A stretch of DNA of 64,000 bases. It comes from Macrostomum lignano (lineage: Eukaryota). Below, piece by piece: positions 47,713 through 59,000 of this stretch. The translations under genes were made by a program, and so were the position numbers. The notes beneath the pieces are model-generated. The model saw only the letters and a list, made by a program, of their open reading frames with translations. It did not search any database and was not told the origin of the DNA. Location: NCBI GenBank assembly GCA_002269645.1, contig NIVC01000835.1, positions 248,001 to 312,000 on the forward strand, in the 5' to 3' direction. The first letter of the stretch is position 1. Every line of letters starts with the position of its first letter.

Positions 47713-48469
47713 TGATAAAATAAATAAAGACAGCAAAAAGCAGTGAAAACAACATTTTTAAGCAGAACAAATGTGTCTTCTACAAGCAAAAAGAGCATTT
47801 CGTATGCAAACACATAGGGCCTCCTGTGTATATGTATTTAACCGATGAAACCTGGATCGTTAGTAAAACCATACCAAAACTATACATAATAATCAGGATG
47901 GTTCAACTCAATCGGATACAACTCACAAAAAGGCTTGTGCACACCTAGTGACTGTAATATATATATATATATATATATCTATGCAATGAAATTATAGATT
48001 TGCAATAAGTTAATGCGAGTTAAATTGCATATTTAGATGACGTCAAAATTATATTAACTTCTATACCAGCCGGACACGCAACATATAAAAAACAACAAAT
48101 AATTTGCGTGATAAATTGAGTGAAGCGAAATATCTGCGCAATTAAATCGAGACACATCGTTGCTAGGATACGAAAATTAGGGTGGGCAGCAAGTTTCACA
48201 GTTGGTCGCTTAGCTTAAAGCTGTCACTGAAATGTTTTATTTGCATGTAAGCTACTATGAGTAGAAAGTTCAATATTTAAAACAAGACTCTTATAAACCA
48301 CTAGCTTGACCACTTCTATCGCTTCAATAAAACAATTTTATTATTGCTTAATTCAGTGTTCCAGCCAAAAAAACTGAACTAATTTTAATCATGGCAGGAA
48401 ATTAATAAAAATCAGAATAGCTTTCCTATTCTTCCTTGCTACTAAATTGAAAGTAGTGAAACTGGAACT

Positions 48470-48725
48470 GTGGGTTTAGATTTAGTAATTAGGGCTGTTT
48501 ATTAGGGTAGTTTAAGATAGGGTTTCCGTTTGGGTTTAGTAATTAGGGTTTAGAATACAGTTTAGGTTAAGTTTAGGACACGGTTTAGGTTAGGGATCAG
48601 GATAATGTTTAGGATAAGGTTTAGAATAGGGTTTAGGATAGGGTTTATGATAGGGTTTAGAATAGAGTTTTAGGATATAGGAGAGTTTATGATAGGGTTT
48701 AGAATAGGGTTTATGATAGGTTTGG
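48470..48725. repeat. Interstitial telomere-like repeat, ~12-bp GGGTTTA(G/T)(G/A)ATA units
   Basis: Degenerate GGGTTTAG runs, with a few TTAGGG. Confidence 0.7.
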
Positions 48726-49794
48726 CAGTCAATTAGTTGGGGTGAAATAGTCGTTAGTCAGTTGTCGCAGACATTTCAAACTGGCCTAAACAGTTATTAT
48801 AAAGTATAATTCTTGGCTGCCAGTTCTAAAAGCGATTGACAACAGCAAAAAATGTGAGGCCTAATCTGACTAATTTATCTAATAAAATGTTTTAAGGTAA
48901 GTTTATTGTATCACTAATTAAAGTTCATCTTTAACTTCCAAGGAAAAAATGCACTTTATATTAGTTGTATATATATATATATGCATATGAAGTAATGTTA
49001 CACACATGCACAAGTGATGAAGCATACAAGGATTATAAAATTAATTATGATGAGGCGGCTGGGCGGGCCAAACAGCAGGAAAGCACTTGTTCACAAGTTT
49101 TACACATTGATTCAATATTTTTTTGTTTTGAAAAAATAAAGTAGAGACAATGCAAGCTAGAATGACAAGCGAGTCAACATTGGTAATTATGGGGAACAAA
49201 AATTTGGGGATTGGAGGGCCACCAGAGCTGAAGTCAAGGAAATGACTATTACAACAGCTATATTACAAAACATAGTCACAACGTACAATTGACAGTTTTT
49301 GATGTTATTATTTGTGCTTTGTTTTCTAAATCGATAAAAATCAATTAAACAATGTTCAGGTGAAAATTAATAAATACAAACGTGACTATAGCATTAGAAA
49401 ACCGACGGGCATTATTTAGAGCAATCATATTATTTGGCACTAGACACAGGTTTCCCCAAAACTGTGGTGCTTTGATAATAATATTTTTTGCCTGCGTCAG
49501 AAAAAAGAACGGTGGAAAAAACTTTCTGCAACTTTTGTTCTCCGATATATTAGATAGGAAGCCCTGGAACTTAAAGTTTTAAGTATTAGTTATGGATGCT
49601 CTCTAGTTTATAGAAAACCAGCTTAGCAATTTAGAGAACTTCCTAGGACCTCTTAGAAGTTGAAGATTTGAAAATTACACACTAATATACAAACAGGCAC
49701 TATACTAGTAACAACTAGATTGGCCACTCAACATATTCGCGTTTAAGCTACTTGTCAGATCAGTAGAAAGTGCAGCATTTTAATGTTTTTAGAA

Positions 49795-49930
49795 CAAGAC
49801 CCTTGCAGCGGCTCCGACTTTCTAATCGTCAGGTGTGTACACTCTCTATGCATTGGGGCTTGGCCCTGATGGCTGTGAGGCCGCGTACGGAATCGAACCA
49901 AGGGGCCGCTGCATGGAGCGTTACTGCCTA
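49795..49930 (-). mobile_element. SINE family B copy (tRNA-like head plus conserved core)
   Basis: B-box GGTTCGATTCC (49899-49889) followed by AGAGAGTGTACACACCTGACGATTAGAAAGTCGGAGCCGCTG, shared with the copies at 16.5 kb and 61.2 kb. Confidence 0.7.
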
Positions 49931-50043
49931 AAAAATAGCTTACTGATGACTTACTGAACCGAAGTAGAGAAACAGTATTACTATATCAAGCCAGAATGCC
50001 TAGGTGGCTCATCTAGATATTAACAGTATCTGTGAGAGGCCAA

Positions 50044-53000
50044 TCAGATAGGCCTGCCCAGCAGTGTCACTGAGCTAGGCAGGCGCGAGTCGGTTGTATA
50101 GGACAGCTCAAGGAAGCCCAGCCGTTTATAGACCTCCGCGGTGGCGTCGCCGGCGGCCAGGCGGCAGTGCACGCCCGGACTGCCGTTGGTCTTCAGGGCG
50201 GCGAAGCAGCAGGCAAGGAGCCGCCGAAGCGCCAGCAGGTCCTGCTCGGTGCTAAATACACCAGGCAGAGCGTCCAGATGCACCACCGAGGGGAAGCGGG
50301 AGAGCACCTGATTGGGCAGGTTGCTGCCCGGCTCCGGCTGCTGCGAGTGAAAGTACTCGATGGCCTCCTGCGATTGCGGGGTGAAGGCTTGCTTAAATCT
50401 GCCCAATCCGCTACTTGAATCTGCCCAATCCGCTACTTGAATCTGCCCAATCCGCTAATTCAATCTACAAAACCGCTACTTAAATCTGCCCAATCCGCGA
50501 CTTGAATCTGCCCAATCCGCTACTTGAATCTGCCCAATCCGCTACTTGAATCTGCCCAATCCGCTACTTGAATCTGCCCAATCCGCTAATTCGATCTACA
50601 AAACCGCTACTTGAATCTGCCCAGTCCGCTAATTCAATCTACAACACCGCTACTTGAATCTGCCCAGTCCGCTAATTCAATCTACAACACCGCTACTTGA
50701 ATCTGCCATATTCACCCTTTGACAGCATCTGTTTGCTCAATATGCTATTTACTAATCTAGACCCCTTCGCTCTATTGAATGAGTTCTCCAGCCAGTTAGC
50801 AAATAAACTCGACTCTCACGTGCGCCGCGGGATGCACAGCCGCTTCATGGCCGCCGCCGGCTCCGGTCCCGGCGCTAGAAACGGCGCCGCCGGCGCCTCG
50901 CCGACGCAGCATCGGATGGCGCCGGCGCATCAGGCCGAAAAACTCGCCAGCCTGATCGCGAAGCTTGGCAACGTCAAGAGCGGCGCAGACGAAGCCGCAG
51001 ACGCCGGTGTCGCTCTCCAATACGAAGCAATAGTCGCAGCTGAGCTCCAGCAGCAGGCCAGCGTACCGATCGCCGTACAGCTCAGCGTCAGCGGCCGACA
51101 TGATGCCGACTCCGGGACCCGGCCCGGCGATCGACACGGCAACGGAGGCGGCGGCTGCGGCGTCGTCGACAACAACTCCGTTACTGCCGGCTGCCGCAGA
51201 AGTTGACGCGCCGGCGATGCGCATCGGAGCGGTCAGGGCGCAGATGGCGTAGACGGAGGACCTGTCAGCGGCGGAGTAGGGCCGGACACTGTAGACTCTG
51301 GCCGACGGCTGCGGAGGCGGGTGAGGCGAAGGCGGCAACTCGGCGGCCTTGCCAACTAGCAGGTCCTGGCCGGCCTCTAGCGGCAGCATTCGCTGGAATT
51401 CGGCGGCTATACCGCCGCGGAACATCCACGGCTCGTGCTCGCCGCTGCTGTACACCTGCGCGTAGCCTGGGGTGCACCCTGCAGAGCGGGGACAGGCGCG
51501 AAAAGTACATTAATTATTTATTTGGTTGCTTCTATATTGAATTAGGTGCAGTAATGAGTATGTAGATTAGTGGGATAGCAGGGAGATTGTAGGGAAGGAC
51601 TGGGGTAGCAGGGAGATTGTAGGGAAGGACTGGGGTAGCAGGGAGATTGTAGGGAAGGACTGGGGTAGCAGGGAGAGTGTAGGGATGGACTGGAGTTAGC
51701 AGGGAGATTGTAGGGGGAAGGACTGGGGTAACAGGGAGATTGTAGGGAAGGACTGGGGTAACAGGGAGATTGTAGGAAAGGACTGGGGTAACAGGGAGAC
51801 TGTAGGGAAGGACTGGAGTTAGCAGGGAGATTGTAGGGAAGGACTGGGGTAACAGGGAGACTGTAGGGAAGGACTGGGGTAGCAGGGAGATTGTAGGGAA
51901 GGACTGGGGTAGCAGGGAAAGTTTAGGGAAGGACTGGGGTAACAGGGAGATAGATTGTAGGGAAGGACTGGGGTAGCAGGAAGATTCTGGGGATAGTTAT
52001 ACGTAGGGATACGTACATATTATACAGCCAATTAGCTAGCGAAATTACTCACATGACAGGTACCGGCGAAGGAAGCAAACGCTCAGGTAAGAGACGAGTC
52101 CCAGTGCTGAAGAGATTAGCAGGGAGAGGCGGGAGTTTTGGGATATATTTAACAACAAAATGAAAGAGATACGGGCTCCTAACGTGTTGAGAACGCTACT
52201 ATATATGTTATTTTTAATTTATATTTATTTTAATTTTTCATTAGTATTCATAATTTGCAAAAGAAAATTTCCGTCAACGAAATAAAAGAATTAAAAAATT
52301 AAAAACTTGTGCGGCAAGAGATTCTTTTGTATAGAAACTTTTTTCAAGCCGCAAGAGCGCTTCCAATGCAAGCAATTAAAAGCAGACTTAAGCGGCAATT
52401 AAAAGGTTAGCGCGATATATGTGTGTGCGTGTTGTTAAACTGTCAATACTAATACATAAATGCCAGTTGCCAACGCTTCCAGTCAGAGTAGGCTTGATTT
52501 TTTAGTGAAAGCGCATGTCTTTCCTGTAGTTCCGAGCTGGATTCCATTCAATTAAAGTTCCCTAATTTTTGTATTTCACATTTCTTTTCAATGATTGTTG
52601 CGATTTAAAGACTTCTGTTATAATTATTCAATTTGAGGTAACCTGTAAACATGGAGCCTTCAGAATTCTGGCTAGGGTAAGAGACATTGACTGAATTCAT
52701 GCAGAGCCAGGAAGTCAAATGGCTCTGTGAGTTCTCACCACGCAAGAAAACACAGCTAGAAAAACACGGCTATTTTAATGCAGTGTAGAATCGCGAACAA
52801 AGGTCCCGAGTTCGAATCCGCTATTGGGACAAAAACGCATGACGGTACACAGCGAATTTGCAGCTAGGTCATACATTTATGCGCATATTTGGTTTGGGAA
52901 GAAAATCTCAAAAAACAACCGCATACAGCACAACATAAACGACTTAAGTTGATTAGTAATGATATAATAGCTCGTAGTAATAAACCGAAATTGTGACGTC

Positions 53001-56000
53001 AGCGCAAGTAATGTTTATACTATGTACTTTTAGCTCTGGTTCTCGCATAGCAAATGCAATCGCGTATTTAAAAGACAAATTGCTATCAAAAAATGGCCCA
53101 CACCATCACTTTGAGGAAGCGTTGGCACCTGTATCCTCTATCTGTGTAAGTATTATTGCACTTTCACAAACACACGGAGCAACTAGCAAGTTTAGATAAA
53201 ACTTTCGGCACTAATATCATATTTAATAATTCAATAAGACTGCTTTCAATTGCTGTTTGTCACGCCATTAGAAACGACGAGAAAAATATCCTAGGAAAAA
53301 GTACACACAACAGAATAAAGGCACAATGTACTTTTTTGAAAATTTGTTTGTGTACAAATTATGTCATGCCCTGAAGCTGATATACCGGTATACCGGTATT
53401 TTGAGCATGAACGGGAAAAGGATTCTAATGCTGACAATTGAGGGAAGGTAGAGCGGACATGGAGACACCGAGTAAACACAATGGGTCAAGAACAAAGGAT
53501 ACCAGTGGTGCCGAGCAAGGATATTAAGGATCCAGATCAGAGTCATTGCGAATCATTAATAAGGAGAACATTATGGGGTGAAGATCGCTATGAAAGACTA
53601 TAATAGTAAAGTACGAGTATTAGGGGATTGTGAACAAGGATACCAAGGATCGTGAACAAGGATACCAAGGATCGTGAACAAGGATACCAAGGATCGTGAA
53701 CAAGGATACCAAGGATCGTGAACAAGGATACCAAGGATCGTGAACAAGGATACCAAGGATCGTGAACAAGGACACCAAGGATCGTGAACAAGGACACCAA
53801 GGATCGTGAACAAGGATATCAAGGATCGCGAACAAGGATATAAAGGATCGCGAACAAGGATATAAAAGATCGTGAACAAGGATACCAAGGATCGTGAACA
53901 AGGACACCAAGGATCGTGAACAAGGACACCAAGGATCGTGAACAAGGATATCAAGGATCGCGAACAAGGATATAAAGGATCGCGAACAAGGATATAAAAG
54001 ATCGTGAACAAGGATACCAAGGATCGCGAACAAGGATATAAAGGATCGTGAACAAGGATACCAAGGATCGTGAACAAGGATACCAAGGATCGTGAACAAG
54101 GATACCAAGGATCGTGAACAAGGATACCAAGGATCGTGAACAAGGACACCAAGGATCGTGAACAAGGACACCAAGGATCGTGAACAAGGATATCAAGGAT
54201 CGCGAACAAGGATATAAAGGATCGCGAACAAGGATATAAAAGATCGTGAACAAGGATACCAAGGATCGTGAACAAGGATACCAAGGATCGTGAACAAGGA
54301 TACCAAGGATCGTGAACAAGGACACCAAGGATCGTGAACAAGGACACCAAGGATCGTGAACAAGGATATCAAGGATCGCGAACAAGGATATAAAGGATCG
54401 CGAACAAGGATATAAAAGATCGTGAACAAGGATACCAAGGATCGCGAACAAGGATATAAAGGATCGTGAACAAGGATACCAAGGATCGTGAACAAGGATG
54501 CCAAGGATCGTGAACAAGGATACCAAGGATCGTGAACAAGGATACCAATGATCGTGAACAAGGATACCAAGGATCGTGAACAAGGATACCAAGGATCGTG
54601 AACAAGGATACCAAGGATCGTGAACAAGGATACCAATGATCGTGAACAAGGATACCAATGATCGTGAACAAGGATACCAATGATCGTGAACAAGGATACC
54701 AAGGATCGTGAACAAGGATACGAAAGATGGTGAACAAGGATATCAAGGATCGCGAACAAGGATATAAAGGATCGTGAACAAGACTAGCAGGAAATTAATA
54801 ATAACAAAGGATAAAGTTTGTCAGCTCTCGTTCATGCTCCACACAGGCAGTTACAAATAAAAAAATGCCAATAATCGGTGCAGTAGACTGAAGCGAGCTT
54901 TGAAAATGCAACAACTACGAGTAATAACTAAAAGAGTGCAACAAACGCAGATGATGTTGCATTGGTTATAGAAAAATGCCTCACTGAGCCAGTTGAGATA
55001 GGCGTCCAATATGCCGAGTATAGCTGACATGTCCGCTACATAGGGCAGCAGTTCGAAAGCGATGGCTCTATTCGGTATTGCCTCGAGTTTACGCTGCACC
55101 GCCCTCAGGCGAGCCACTTCGCGCCTGAACCTGGCGGCCCGGTCCAGCCACTCCGGCCTGCTAGCGGTGCAGTCGGACTCAACCGAGCCAGAATTGCTCA
55201 TTAGATGAGCGTTGCATTTTAACCATTGGAAATCTTCGAGTAGAACTAGGGCCGACGGGCCGTGTTGAAAAGGCTCGTAAAATAGGTGACAGACCAGCAG
55301 CAGTTCGTCCATTGTGAGCTGCTCTTCCGGCGAGCAAGCTGGCGACCAATCGTCGTTCGGTTCTACCTGGAATTGTTTGAAAACAAACTCGAATGCGACT
55401 GCGAATTGAGCCCGGACACGGGGCAGAGAAATCATAATACCACGATGCATGTAATAATATACAAACAATAGTACGACGCAAATAATAAACGGAGGCAAAT
55501 AAATCAAACAGAAGACAAAGACTAGTCAGACAGACATAAAAACCAGACTACGAGTAGACTAATTAGACGGACTAGAGAGAGTAGAGACTAGCCAGGCACA
55601 AAGACTAGACTGGACAGACAAAGACTAGAGAAAGCAAAACAAAATATTTGACTAGCCAGACACGGACTAGAGCCTAGCCAAACACAAAGACTAGAAGCCT
55701 GACACAAATATTAGAGGCCAGATACAAAGACTAGAGACTAGCCAGACACAAATACTAAAGACTAGCCAGAAACAAAGACTAGAGACTAGCCAGAAACAAA
55801 GACTAGAGACTAGCCAGAAACAAAGACTAGAGACTAGCCAGAAACAAAGACTAGAGAATAGCCAGAAACAAAGACTAGAGACTAGCCAGAAACAAAGACT
55901 AGAGACTAGCCAGAAACAAAGACTAGAAGCCTGACACACAGACTAGAAGCCAGACACAGACTAGAGACTAGCCTGATACAAAGACTAGAAGCCTGACACA

Positions 56001-59000
56001 AATATTAGAGGCCAGACACAAAGACTAGAGACTAGCCAGACACAAATACTAAAGACTAGCCAGAAACAAAGACTAGAGACTAGCTAGGCACAAAGACTAG
56101 AAGCCAGACACAAAGACTAAAGACTAGCCAGAAACAAAGACTAGAGACTAGCCAGATACAAAGACTAGAGACTAGCTAGACACAAAGACTAGAGACTAGT
56201 CAGACAGACACAAAGACTTGAAGCCAGTCAGACAGACAGGCACAAAGACTAATGCAGACATGCTATCGAGCATCGCGAACCTCCATAGGCTCCACCAAAC
56301 TATTGACTGGCTGCGGCAGCGGCTCGGGCAAGGCGAATTCGGCCGGGGCAGCGGTGGCTGAAACAGCGCCGGTGCCAACAGCGCCAACAACGCCAACGGC
56401 GGCGGCGGCAGCTGCTGCGCTGGGCTCGGCTGGCTGCATGGCCGGCGCGGGAGGCGGCCGCTTGCGCCTGTAGAACATTGGCAGCCATTGGGCTAGAGCG
56501 CGCCTAAGCGCCCCCTCCGGACTATAGGCGGCAACGGCACCTTCGCTTTCTAATTGAATGTCGCTTTTCACGGGACTGCTAGAGATCAGGGCGTCGAGTT
56601 GGACCCGCTCTGGCGAGCTGCGCGCCCAATCGGCCAGGCTGCTGAGAGCTACGAAATTGACCTGCAAATTTATTGATTTTTACTGCTGATAGTACTATTG
56701 TAGGAATTTCATTAGAATTCTCAGGAATGGAAAAACTCGGGGAAAATCCCAAGGTAAGGAATTCTTAGTGGAAATTGTAAGGACGGGAAATCAAGAAGGA
56801 AGTCTAAAGGAGGGAGCGAAAATCTCAAGGAGAACTCGGAGGAATCTCAATGAGGGTAATCTCAAAGTGAATAAAACTCGGAGGAAATCCCAGAGAGGAA
56901 ATCTCGGGGGAATTCCTTAGGAGTGGAAACTCGTGGGACTAGCCAAACACAAAGACTAGAGACTAGCCTAGAGACTGAGAAAATCTCGGGGGATCCCAAG
57001 GAAGGGAATGCCGAAGGAGGGAGAATCACAAGGGATATCCAAAGAGGAAATACTGTAGGAATCTCACGGAGCGAAAACTTCAGGGAATCCTAAGGGGGGA
57101 AATCCCTGAGGGAAAATCCTTAGGAGGGGATTTCCTTGAGTGTACATCCCAAAAAGAAAAATCCCAAAAAGGGGAAATCCCTGTATGGAAATCTCAAGGA
57201 GGGAAATCCTAAAGAGGGGAATCCCTGAGGGAAAATCCTAAGGAGGGGATTTCCTTGAGTGTACATCCCAAAAAGGGGAAATCTCTGAGTGGAAATCCGA
57301 AGGAGGGAAATCCTAAAGAGGGGAATCCTTGAGTGTAAATCCCAAGGAAGATAAATCCAAGAGGGGAATCGCAGAGGGAAAATCCTAATGAGGGGGAAGG
57401 GGAATCCCCCTAGGGTTAATCCCGAGGGAAAATCCCAAGGAGTGGAAATCCTAAGGAGTAGAGATTTCTAGGGGAATCTCGGGGGAATCGCAAGGAGGGA
57501 AATATCAAGGGAATCCGGTGGATATCACAAGAAACGGAGTGTCCGGAAATCCTAAAGAGGGGAAATCAATCCCCGACAGAGCCATGAAGCCGCACAATAA
57601 TAATAATAGGAGCATCCGACTCACCTCAAACTCGCAATTAGGATTAGTAAGCACGCCAGCCAGGTGGGGAATCAATTCTGGGCTGCGACCCTCGAACGGG
57701 CCAAGAAATACACGCTTAGGATCGTAGTCGTTGGCGTGGATATTATCCCAGATTAAAGGCCGGCGGCGAAGCACTTCGGCCAGCTCTTTAACCGAGGCGA
57801 CGCTAATCTCCTTGGAGACGACCTTGGGCCCTGTCCACATGACGTGAATGCCAGGCAGCAGGCGACTGCCGATGATGTTCAAATAGGCTGAACTGCGAAC
57901 GTCTGGCTGGGCGCGGCTGGCGCAGTACTCGGTTGGGCAGAACAGGAACTGCTGCACGCCTGCGCCAAGATGTTGAAACACCTCGTTAGTAACAGACACC
58001 TGGGCGTGGGCCGGAGATTGGAATACCTCTTTGTCGACGTGGCACAGTTCTATGTCGATATCGTCGAATAGCAGCGCGAAAGATTTGCAGCCTAATTCGC
58101 TAACTTGAACCAGTTTGCGCTTCAACAGGTGCACCTCCTTGGAGAACACCATGTCTAGGCCGGGCGAGATGGCGTAGATGAAGGTGACACCGGCCGCTTG
58201 AGCTGCCTGCACCAGCGACTGCAGGTTCTCTGCCATGGAGGGATGAGATCCAAGTTTAGGAACGAGAATTTTAACAGGGATCTTTTTATGAATAAGACCA
58301 GAAATCTCACCCTAGAATTATGAATGAGACCAGAAATCTCACCCAAGAATTATGAATGAGACCAGAAATATCACCCTAGAATTATGAATGAGACCAGAAA
58401 TATCACCCTAGAATTATGAATGAGACCAGAAATATCACCCTAGAATTATGAATGAGACCAGAAATATCACCCTAGAATTATGAATGAGACCAGAAATATC
58501 ACCCTAGAATTATGAATGAGACCAGAAATATCACCCTAGAATTATGAATGAGACCAGAAATATCACCCTAGAATTATGAATGAGACCAGAAACTGAAATA
58601 TCACCCTAGAATTATGAATGAGACCAGAAATCTCACCCTAGAATTATGAATGAGACCAGAAATCTCACCTAGAATTATGAATGAGACCAGAAATCTCGCT
58701 CTAGAATCGTCAATGAGACCAGAAATCTCACCCTAGAATTATGAATGAGACCAGAAATTTCACCCTAGAATTATGAATGAGACCAGAAATCTCACCCTAG
58801 AATTATGAATGAGACCAGAAATCTCACCCAAGAATTATGAATGAGACCAGAAATCTCACCCTAGAATTATGAATGAGACCAGAAATATCACCCTAGAATT
58901 ATGAATGAGACCAGAAATATCACCCTAGAATTATGAATGAGACCAGAAATCTCACCCAAGAATTATGAATGAGACCAGAAATATCACCCTAGAATTATGA

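Noticed and set aside
58230-58236. ATG at 58236 as the OGA start
   Set aside because: Upstream conserved exons (60351-60202, 63133-63102) splice in at 58229; the ATG is intronic.
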